Shown: piece after piece, positions 16,697 through 23,953 of the stretch
Layout of the letters: the number at the start of each line of letters is the position of its first letter
Numbering within the stretch: position 1 is the stretch's first letter
Virus record (IMG/VR): IMGVR_UViG_3300008255_000081
Span: 1-35,225 of that record
DNA from: a virus
Lineage: Duplodnaviria > Caudoviricetes
Reading direction: 5' to 3' (one strand)
Length of the DNA stretch: 35,225 nucleotides
Program-made: the position numbers and the translations under genes
The notes under the pieces: model-generated
Seen by the model: only the letters and a program-made list of their open reading frames with translations
Told to the model about the DNA's origin: nothing
The model's database searches: none

Positions 16697-18181
16697 ATGC
16701 CAAAAACACCAAAAAACACAGCGGAGCCACGCATGACAGGCGCACTCCTTGACCCACTTGACCCGAGGGATATTCACCTTGGGGGGGTATTTCGCAATTT
16801 AGAAGGTGGACTGCAACGTAATATTGTCGGATTGAATCGATACCCTGATGAGAAAATAACTGACCTTTCAGTGATTCCGGTGAAGAATCAGGGGTGGCAT
16901 GGTGCCTGTGTTGGCTTTGCAAGGTATGTGATGTTGACATACTACGCATTCAAGGACACTGGAAAGGTGCTGGAGATATCACCGAGCTGGGGATATGGCG
17001 CATCAAAGTCATACGATGGTATCCCGAATATTGATGGAACCTATCCTAGAACTTTGAACTGGGTGAACATGGAAATCGGCGCAATGTTGGAAAAAGATTT
17101 TTCACGACCAATCAGCATGTCGAGGGAAGAATATCGCACCCTCGAAATCACCGACACAATGAAGGTCCAAGCGGCCATGCAACGAATCAAATCATACGCA
17201 ACCTACTTTGGCACCGAAGATGAACTGATTGAAGCCCTGAACAAACATGACTTGCTCGAGGTGACATTGGTTTGCGATGGCTACTGGAACACCTTGCCAT
17301 TTAAAAACAAGGATGGCGTGTCTATCGGTTTTCATCGTGTTGTAATTTATGGCTACGGTCGAAAGAATGGGAATCGTGTGTTCTATGTTCGCAATTCATG
17401 GGGTGAAACATGGGGTGAAGGTGGCAATGGATACTTTCAATGGAATACCTTTGCTGGAAAGATTTTTGATATTTACACATTTGAAGATATCCCGAACAAC
17501 CACCTTGAAGAAGTGAAAAATATTCCGATTGATTTGCAATATCAATGGAACTCTACCCTGCGGAAAGGGAATCGAAACAATGACGTGAAGAATATGCAAT
17601 GGGCATTCAAGCTCGAAGGATGTATGGATGTCTTGGAAAAAGCTGATGGCGTATTCGGTCCCATCACTGAACGTGCCGCACAAGAATTTCAGAAAAAATA
17701 TAAGCTCTACCCTGACGGCATTGTCGGTCCCATCACTCGAAAATATTTGAACGAAAACTTTGCATTCAAAGAAGGAAAGCCAGGAACTATGCTTCACAAA
17801 TGGGCGTTGGCTATTCAAGCGCATGAAGGATACTTCGCACCAGGAACCCATCCACGCTATTCACACGGCACCCTCGCCTGGAAAAATAATAACCCAGGAA
17901 ACATACGATGCGCCGGGAAATACAAGGCAATGGCCGAAGCATGTCACCCTTCAAATTTCTGTATTTTCAAAGATTATGAAACGGGTTTGAAAGCCTTGAA
18001 GATTCTATTGACCGACGCAGCAACCAAAGGGGGGCTATATGACCCTGAAGGATCATTGATTGATTTCTTCAAGGTATATGCCCCAGCGAGCGACAACAAT
18101 ACGCCTGAAACATACGCGCTTGCCGTCGCTCGAGATATTGGTGTCCCAGTCGAAACACCAATCAAAAACCTAATTTCCTAA
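16697..18181 (+). CDS. Tri-modular endolysin: C1 peptidase + peptidoglycan-binding domain + lysozyme-like domain
   Basis: NQGWHGAC / GFHRV / RNSWGETWG; LRKGNRNNDVK...DGVFGPIT...DGIVGPIT; HEG...NNNPGNI...YAPASDNN. Confidence 0.85.
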   Translation: MPKTPKNTAEPRMTGALLDPLDPRDIHLGGVFRNLEGGLQRNIVGLNRYPDEKITDLSVIPVKNQGWHGACVGFARYVMLTYYAFKDTGKVLEISPSWGYGASKSYDGIPNIDGTYPRTLNWVNMEIGAMLEKDFSRPISMSREEYRTLEITDTMKVQAAMQRIKSYATYFGTEDELIEALNKHDLLEVTLVCDGYWNTLPFKNKDGVSIGFHRVVIYGYGRKNGNRVFYVRNSWGETWGEGGNGYFQWNTFAGKIFDIYTFEDIPNNHLEEVKNIPIDLQYQWNSTLRKGNRNNDVKNMQWAFKLEGCMDVLEKADGVFGPITERAAQEFQKKYKLYPDGIVGPITRKYLNENFAFKEGKPGTMLHKWALAIQAHEGYFAPGTHPRYSHGTLAWKNNNPGNIRCAGKYKAMAEACHPSNFCIFKDYETGLKALKILLTDAATKGGLYDPEGSLIDFFKVYAPASDNNTPETYALAVARDIGVPVETPIKNLIS

Positions 18182-18185
18182 ACAT

Positions 18186-18401
18186 ATGAGCCAAGGATTT
18201 TCAGTAACACAAGGATCGAACATCGCGGTATTTGCTGCGGCAATCGCCCTTGTCGTAAAATATTTCAAGCCAGATGCAGGAATCACCCAAGAAGAAGTTG
18301 GTGTACTTTTGGCAGCAGTAGCAACACTTGTTGCAGCCGTCATCAGTTTTATCAACAGATTCAAGAAAGGTGATTTGACACTTGGTGGTTTCCGCAAGTA
18401 A
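18186..18401 (+). CDS. Putative holin (two TM helices)
   Basis: 71 aa, two hydrophobic helices, basic C-terminus, directly after the endolysin. Confidence 0.7.
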   Translation: MSQGFSVTQGSNIAVFAAAIALVVKYFKPDAGITQEEVGVLLAAVATLVAAVISFINRFKKGDLTLGGFRK

Positions 18402-18404
18402 AAT
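18375..18404 (+). promoter_or_regulatory. Sigma70-type promoter TTGACA-18-TAAAAT firing into the intergenic region
   Basis: TTGACA at 18375-18380, TAAAAT at 18399-18404. Confidence 0.5.
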
Positions 18405-18410
18405 AGAAAA

Positions 18411-18590
18411 GGAATCTTTGGGGTGTCAAGCGGCGAGCGCGATGATGTCGAGTGAAAATGATTCAATCTTTTTTAATATCATTTAAGGGAACACGAAAAC
18501 ATCAGAAGGCACTAGGCCAAGAGTGAAGGCCGAACGAAAGATCCCCGGGGAAACCCCGCCGACAGGACAGTCATGCGGGGTTTTCTTATT
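18411..18590 (+). ncRNA. Candidate structured small RNA
   Basis: Bounded by a promoter and a terminator; three nested stems; no plus-strand ORF in the track. Confidence 0.4.
18551..18590 (+). terminator. Rho-independent terminator
   Basis: aaaccccgc/gcggggttt stem followed by a T-rich tail. Confidence 0.7.
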
Positions 18591-18645
18591 CTTCAATGTT
18601 TGAATGTGGTACGAATGTGACTTGATTGTGATGTATAATTACGAC

Positions 18646-19050
18646 ATGACACCCCAGCAGAAGCAAGAGGTCCAGGACGGCATCAGAGAATATCAGGATG
18701 CAGTATGGGCATTCATAGTCGAGCATTGTGATATTACCGAATCCGGCAAATTTTTTGTAAAATTCCATGCAGATCATCGAAAGAATTTTGAGAATCGTGT
18801 GTGGGGTCGATATAAATATGGGTATCATCGCGAAGATTGGAAAGCAAAACAAAAGCGTGCGAATACGAAGAAAGAAAACCACGCCGAAAACAAACGCGCC
18901 AAGCGTGGCAGATACGTCCGTGAGCGTGCTAAACGTATCGCTATGAGGGATTGGTCGAAATGGTACGCAAGTACGCAGGAAGGGGGCATTTTGCGAAGAT
19001 GGTGGGGGGTTCTATCAGCAGCTACATGGAAAAGAAAGCCACAAAACTAG
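18646..19050 (+). CDS. Basic (Arg/Lys-rich) hypothetical protein
   Basis: ATG at 18646 lies 6 nt after TATAAT (18634-18639); very basic C-terminal half. Confidence 0.6.
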   Translation: MTPQQKQEVQDGIREYQDAVWAFIVEHCDITESGKFFVKFHADHRKNFENRVWGRYKYGYHREDWKAKQKRANTKKENHAENKRAKRGRYVRERAKRIAMRDWSKWYASTQEGGILRRWWGVLSAATWKRKPQN

Positions 19051-19367
19051 ATATCAAACCTTTCAGCGTGAATGACGCATGGAAAGGTCGTCGCCGTCGC
19101 ACTGAAAATTACAAGGATTTTGAGAATGCTGTTTTCATGCTCGCGCCGAATGGTTTGAAAATTCCAAAGGGGGTACCTTTGCGCGCGATTTATTGGTGGG
19201 GATTCTCGAGCAATGGATCAGACTATGACAACCCCATCAAACCCTTGCAAGATGTCCTTTCAAAAAAGTACGGATTCAACGATAACCAAATCATGCAAGG
19301 GATGCAATTCAAGGAGGTGGTCCCGAAGGGTCAAGAGTATGTGGCGTTCCTGATTGAGCCAATGTAA
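19026..19367 (+). CDS. rusA: RusA-family Holliday junction resolvase
   Basis: KPFSVNDAWKGRR and SDYDNPIKPLQDVL...FNDNQI motifs; ATG at 19026 preferred. Confidence 0.85.
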   Translation: MEKKATKLDIKPFSVNDAWKGRRRRTENYKDFENAVFMLAPNGLKIPKGVPLRAIYWWGFSSNGSDYDNPIKPLQDVLSKKYGFNDNQIMQGMQFKEVVPKGQEYVAFLIEPM

Positions 19368-19936
19368 TTTTTAATAAACAATATCAACACTTTTCCACAG
19401 GTATGTTTTTTGCATGGTATTGTCAATGGTGCGATAATCTTTTCATCAAAGAAAAAAGGAATCGAATCTTTGATCTTTATACATAGCCGATTGTGTGCAG
19501 AATGAGGGTGGGTACTGCCTACCAAGTAAGTGGTTGCCACCTGCATTCTGTGCATGATCAAAAAAATATATGAGCAAACCAACCATTCATTAGCTCGATC
19601 TATTTGTGAATTCATCAAATCCAAAGCGGCGTTTTTTTCGGAAACAAGAACGCGCAATGCTTCAGTCATCGTCGAATGATATACAGTTTCTCTAGCATAG
19701 GCACAAAAAGAACCAAGATTTTTGGTTGAAATATTTGCATAGATGAATTCCATCAGTGCTTCTCTTTCAGAGTTTTGATTGCTGATTCTTTGTTCGAGTT
19801 TTTGAATTCGTGAATCTTGATTCTCTATTGTTTCATCACGATACTTCAATAACTTTTCAAGTTCGTCACGTTTTTGGATTAAATGTTCGACGCGTTCAGT
19901 GTCTTTTTTAGTTCCCCTTGTCGATGTTTTTCCCAT
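19331..19936 (-). CDS. Hypothetical coiled-coil protein
   Basis: 201 aa ORF with clear N-terminal heptads; converges on rusA with a short overlap. Confidence 0.6.
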   Translation of the reverse strand: MGKTSTRGTKKDTERVEHLIQKRDELEKLLKYRDETIENQDSRIQKLEQRISNQNSEREALMEFIYANISTKNLGSFCAYARETVYHSTMTEALRVLVSEKNAALDLMNSQIDRANEWLVCSYIFLIMHRMQVATTYLVGSTHPHSAHNRLCIKIKDSIPFFFDEKIIAPLTIPCKKHTCGKVLILFIKNYIGSIRNATYS

Positions 19937-19939
19937 ACA

Positions 19940-20247
19940 CTACTTCTTCACTCGGCTGATACGGACAATCGTTGGGGTTGCCGTAAACGAAAAATCGGGA
20001 TCCATCGCACGTCGTACATCGGCAGCAACGCGGCGGCCAGGTGCAACAGTGAGAAGATCCCCATCTTTGTGATAGATACCCCAAAATTGTTTTTAAGGAT
20101 GTAGCTGAACGATTGATGGGAATCAAAGATGAAACAGACGAACGCCCTTCGAATATTGGTCCAGCAAAAGGCACAGATCTTCAAGGCGCACCATGCCCAC
20201 CACACAGACGATAAAAAATAAAGGTCGAAATTATTATTTCCTAACAA
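19940..20247 (-). pseudogene. Possible frameshifted small gene (or 99-aa membrane protein)
   Basis: Hydrophobic N-terminal frame from 20247; a second, start-less frame 19940-20092 ends 3 nt before the next ATG. Confidence 0.3.
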
Positions 20248-20357
20248 ATTTTTTATGCCTGATTTATATCACAAAAGTATACTCCAAGGTGATGTAGTGC
20301 GGACAACAATTGCTCTTGAAAATATAGCTTTGAATCGGTATATAAATTCTAAAAAAA

Positions 20358-20636
20358 ATGTCAAATATAAAAATGATCAACGGCCTTGAAGTCATCCTCG
20401 AGATGATGAAAAACGGCGATGACGTTTCAGTGGCTCCCCTCGCAAATATTGTGAATGTCCAAATCAAAAAGAAACAAGGACAGGTGACGATTGTTATCGA
20501 TGGGATCCGCGCTATGGACATACTAGGAAAGAAACGCCGCTTTGCTGGAGGTTTGCTCCTTGCTGATTATGACCAATACCAAAAACGTATTGGAAAAAGC
20601 GAGATCAAAAACTTCAAAAGGGTGGGCGCAGACTAG
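20358..20636 (+). CDS. Hypothetical protein, first gene of the replication operon
   Basis: 92 aa; stop lies 2 nt before the initiator ATG. Confidence 0.7.
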   Translation: MSNIKMINGLEVILEMMKNGDDVSVAPLANIVNVQIKKKQGQVTIVIDGIRAMDILGKKRRFAGGLLLADYDQYQKRIGKSEIKNFKRVGAD

Positions 20637-20638
20637 CT

Positions 20639-21583
20639 ATGTCGATCCTACCAAATTCAACCCCGCTGCCACATATCATCATCCGCGAATGGATGCCCCT
20701 TTTGAAGGATATCGAATTGCGAATATTGCTGGTTGTGGCTGACCAAACATTGGGATGGATAGAGGATCGCGAATCAGGAAGACGAAAAGAAAAGGACTGG
20801 ATCAGTCACTACCAAATGCGATCCAAAATCAAGAAGCGTGCAGGAAAACCCGCAGGGAGCAAGTCTGTTTCCCAAGCAATATCCAAACTCGTTGATGAGT
20901 ACGGCATCATTGAAGCGTTGAACGAATCGGGCGACATGTTGGATAGCTCGGAAAAGCGAATGAAAAACGGCGGAAAGATTTTCTATCGATTGAATTTGAA
21001 GAAACAGGCAACCCTTTTTGATGACCCTCGTCAAAAAGAGCAGGGGGTACCCTCGTCAAAAACAACCCTCGTCAAAAGGACAACCTACAAAAGAAACTCT
21101 ACTTACAAAAGAAATGATATTTTCGTGGACGAAAAATCGCCCACACCCGAAACACCAAAAAAGCCAAGTAAACACAAGCTCTTTGTTGATTTCTGGTTTG
21201 ATCAGGTAAAACGCACCCGGGGGATGGAACCAATCATCACCAAAGCGGATGCAGCGAACCTGAAAAGGGTGATTGATTTGGGTATTGAAATAGATATTCT
21301 TGAGCAGTGCAGTATCTTTTTTCTAGCTGATGTAGGGTTTCGCACATTTTCCCCAACGATATCAACATTTACTTCATCGGGGATTCTGAACGGCCTGATG
21401 AACCGGGTCCGAAATGACCCTGACTTTTGGAAGAAGATGGATCGGTACACTGGTACGTATCTACAAACACCCCCAGCCAAGCCACGTGCGCCACTGGTGA
21501 TAGGTGATGATGAAGAACGAACCAATGGACTAAAACGTATATCATTCGCGTTAGAGAGCCTTACAAAGGCTTTCACAAAATAG
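20639..21583 (+). CDS. Replication initiator (lambda O/replisome organiser-like)
   Basis: N-terminal wHTH-like region (ELRILLVVADQTLGW...KEKDWISHYQM...VSQAISKLV); low-complexity linker encoded by iterons; helical C-terminal domain. Confidence 0.75.
   Translation: MSILPNSTPLPHIIIREWMPLLKDIELRILLVVADQTLGWIEDRESGRRKEKDWISHYQMRSKIKKRAGKPAGSKSVSQAISKLVDEYGIIEALNESGDMLDSSEKRMKNGGKIFYRLNLKKQATLFDDPRQKEQGVPSSKTTLVKRTTYKRNSTYKRNDIFVDEKSPTPETPKKPSKHKLFVDFWFDQVKRTRGMEPIITKADAANLKRVIDLGIEIDILEQCSIFFLADVGFRTFSPTISTFTSSGILNGLMNRVRNDPDFWKKMDRYTGTYLQTPPAKPRAPLVIGDDEERTNGLKRISFALESLTKAFTK
21014..21114. repeat. Iteron array, probable replication origin
   Basis: ACCCTCGTCAAAA at 21024, 21049 and 21065; inverted near-copy at 21014-21024; TACAAAAGAAA at 21086 and 21104. 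Confidence 0.8.
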
Positions 21584-21643
21584 TTTTTGGAAACGTGTGC
21601 GCCACAAAGACAGCGATTTATTAACCTAGTTTCACATACATTT

Positions 21644-22150
21644 ATGTCAAACACATTAAAAATCAAGACGTTCCCATGGGGTGAAGTCGAAGCAGCCAAT
21701 GAATTTATTGCTACCGTTGATCTGAAACCTACTGGTGGAATCACCTTGCGTGACAACGGAATCGTTTTGGTTTATACCGACAAGCGCGAGCATGCAGGTA
21801 TGACCCGCGAAGAACATATCAAAAACACCAAAGACGAATTGGCGCGCGCTGAATCATCTTTGGCCGATGCGTTGCTTCAACAACAGGAATCACAGATCGG
21901 GCTTGCTCGATTCACCGGGGTGCCGAAATTCGAGAATGTCGCCGAACACTACGAAACCCAGGTGAAAATGGATGAGGACACTGTGAAAAACAAGACAAGC
22001 CGTGTCGTTGCATTGCGTGAATTGATCAGCAACCTGGAATCAGGAAAAATGTTGGTGGGAAATGAAGCGATTGCACAACACTTCGCAACCCCAGCCGATG
22101 ATGTATCAGACCAACCAGAGAATCCGATTGCTGATTCTGCTGCCGAGTAG
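21644..22150 (+). CDS. Hypothetical protein with coiled coil
   Basis: ATG at 21644 preferred; operonic with the downstream genes. Confidence 0.7.
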   Translation: MSNTLKIKTFPWGEVEAANEFIATVDLKPTGGITLRDNGIVLVYTDKREHAGMTREEHIKNTKDELARAESSLADALLQQQESQIGLARFTGVPKFENVAEHYETQVKMDEDTVKNKTSRVVALRELISNLESGKMLVGNEAIAQHFATPADDVSDQPENPIADSAAE

Positions 22151-22151
22151 T

Positions 22152-22451
22152 ATGTCGAAGACACAAACAATTCTTGGGAGTGGTTTTATTAAACAATGTT
22201 CACATATGCGCAAGCTCATTAAGCTTGATGCTGCTGAAGTAATGAAAACGGTGATCACCACCAAAGCACGCGAAGAATTTGCTGAACATGAAGACAAAGG
22301 TGAAATGATCGCAAACCTGATGCTTGCGTATCGTCACCTTGAAGATGCTTCAATGCGTATCGGAAAGGCTATCCAAGCGCATGAAGGTGGTGTTTCGGTG
22401 TACGATAAAGACACATCACGCGATTTAAAAGATGAAGTAGTGGGAGCGTAG
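22152..22451 (+). CDS. Acb2/Tad1-like helical hairpin protein (candidate nucleotide-signal sponge)
   Basis: EMIANLMLAYRHLEDASMRIGKAI resembles the Acb2/Tad1 hairpin helix (LA.T.LEEA.MW..KA); about 99 aa. Confidence 0.55.
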   Translation: MSKTQTILGSGFIKQCSHMRKLIKLDAAEVMKTVITTKAREEFAEHEDKGEMIANLMLAYRHLEDASMRIGKAIQAHEGGVSVYDKDTSRDLKDEVVGA

Positions 22452-22455
22452 GCCT

Positions 22456-22812
22456 ATGGTTGAAAACGCATTGATTCCACTGGACAAAGAAGCTATGGAT
22501 CAACTGCGCGCCGGTAAATTTGGCGACAAGTTTATCCTTATGGATTTTAGTGCTGCACTTCAGATGTTAAAAAACGGAAGAAGTGTCACACGCGTTGGGT
22601 GGCGCAAACTCGACATTCAAGTTTTCGCTATCGAAGAAAAATCATACGAGCGCATGGATGGAATAAAAATCACCTCTATGCAGTCATTGTACATGGTCAA
22701 ACCTGTACAAGATTCTGAAAACAATATCATCGGGTATAATCAATTCCCATTCGTCCCATCATCGGAAAGTCTTTTTGCTGATGACTGGGTCGTAGTCGAA
22801 CCAGTAATTTAA
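22456..22812 (+). CDS. DUF2829/Tad2-like protein (candidate anti-Thoeris/anti-CBASS sponge)
   Basis: MDFSAALQMLKNGRSVTRVGW...PFVPSSESLFADDWVVV matches the family's N- and C-terminal signatures. Confidence 0.8.
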   Translation: MVENALIPLDKEAMDQLRAGKFGDKFILMDFSAALQMLKNGRSVTRVGWRKLDIQVFAIEEKSYERMDGIKITSMQSLYMVKPVQDSENNIIGYNQFPFVPSSESLFADDWVVVEPVI

Positions 22813-22834
22813 CAACTTGTCAAGTAACAACTAC

Positions 22835-23107
22835 ATGAAAAAAGCAGACATCGCAGAATTCCTGCACCAATCATTCGGAAGCACAAAGGTCCTCGCTGAA
22901 AACGTCACTGATATGATCTTTGAAAGAATAACGAAAGCCTTGGAAAGAGGTGAAGATGTAACCATCGCAGGATTTGGTGCATTCACCAAGGTAAAACGTA
23001 GCGCGCGCATGGCACGCAACCCCCGCACCGGGGAACAGGTCCCACTACCTGAACGCTATGCAGTGAAATTCAAAGCAGCAAAGGCCTTGAAAGAAACAAT
23101 AAAATAA
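22835..23107 (+). CDS. hup: HU/IHF-family DNA-binding protein
   Basis: GEDVTIAGFGAF...RSARMARNPRTGE...VKFKAAKALKE. Confidence 0.95.
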   Translation: MKKADIAEFLHQSFGSTKVLAENVTDMIFERITKALERGEDVTIAGFGAFTKVKRSARMARNPRTGEQVPLPERYAVKFKAAKALKETIK

Positions 23108-23122
23108 GACAATATCCACAGG

Positions 23123-23146
23123 AACCCCGCAAGGGGTTTTTGTTTT
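23123..23146 (+). terminator. Rho-independent terminator after HU
   Basis: aacccc-GCAA-ggggtt followed by tttgtttt. Confidence 0.75.
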
Positions 23147-23197
23147 GCGTTCTATACTGGAATCAAAGCTCATTCAATTCACCTCTAAATAAACGAT

Positions 23198-23287
23198 ATG
23201 AATCCAATCGGCGCAATAATTGCTCTTGTACTTCTTTATTCCATCATCGGTATTTTTTTCAAATTTAAAAGAAAGGGTCCATCATGA
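23198..23287 (+). CDS. 29-aa single-TM peptide (not in the ORF track)
   Basis: MNPIGAIIALVLLYSIIGIFFKFKRKGPS; ATGA overlap with the next gene. Confidence 0.55.
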   Translation: MNPIGAIIALVLLYSIIGIFFKFKRKGPS

Positions 23288-23640
23288 TACTAGACACACG
23301 AACACGCACAATGTTTTGCGAAGATTGTCACAGTGCAGGTCGCCCTTTCAGTGGGCTGCGATTCGTACTGTACGGCTATTCAAGGCAAGGATACTATGTA
23401 AAACGGTCAAAGGGTGGAATCAAGGGTTTCACCCCGCACACGGTCCATTTATTGCGAATCAATGGGCATGATGTTGTCTTGGAAAAGATATGCGCGGTGT
23501 GCGGATATCTGATCAAAGACAAAGAGGATGATGATTGCACACTCACCAAGGTAAAATCATCAATCATCTCCATGCCACATTCTGATTTCAATGCTATGGT
23601 CATCCATGCCGATCGTAATTTTGGGTATAAAATAGACTAA
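23284..23640 (+). CDS. Hypothetical zinc-binding protein
   Basis: CEDC...CAVC pair; ends at a terminator. Confidence 0.65.
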   Translation: MILDTRTRTMFCEDCHSAGRPFSGLRFVLYGYSRQGYYVKRSKGGIKGFTPHTVHLLRINGHDVVLEKICAVCGYLIKDKEDDDCTLTKVKSSIISMPHSDFNAMVIHADRNFGYKID

Positions 23641-23680
23641 AAAAAGGGAGCGAAGTATCGCCCCCTTTTGTTTATTTTTA
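23639..23680. terminator. Bidirectional terminator between convergent operons
   Basis: aaaagggagcga-agta-tcgccccctttt flanked by A and T tracts. Confidence 0.75.
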
Positions 23681-23953
23681 ATCGCTTGAATATGGAATTC
23701 TAACTGCACAACCACCGCATATATCAATATCTTTTTCTTCTTTATTTGATAGGATGAAATCGAATTTTATACCATCAATAACCAAACTTTCTGTTTCTTG
23801 GTCAGGCAGCTTCTTGAATTCAGCCTGCATATTCCCGACCGTAATAGTGTCACCTTCGGTCGGTATGTGCATGAATATGACTACTGCACCACCTTCAAGC
23901 ACACGCCTGAAAGCATAGTATCCTGTGTATATTGCTCTGAATATTTTTTTCAT
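23678..23953 (-). CDS. Hypothetical protein
   Basis: 91 aa; ATGA overlap with the methyltransferase stop. Confidence 0.65.
   Translation of the reverse strand: MKKIFRAIYTGYYAFRRVLEGGAVVIFMHIPTEGDTITVGNMQAEFKKLPDQETESLVIDGIKFDFILSNKEEKDIDICGGCAVRIPYSSD

Noticed and set aside
18411-18590. tRNA, tmRNA or hammerhead ribozyme in the post-holin spacer
   Set aside because: No cloverleaf or T-loop, tag ORF, or CUGAUGA/GAAA core seen
19391-19400. DnaA-box-like TTTTCCACA (also ATATCCACA at 23112 and TGTGGATAG at 32345) as an origin
   Set aside because: Isolated single near-matches; the iteron array is a better origin candidate
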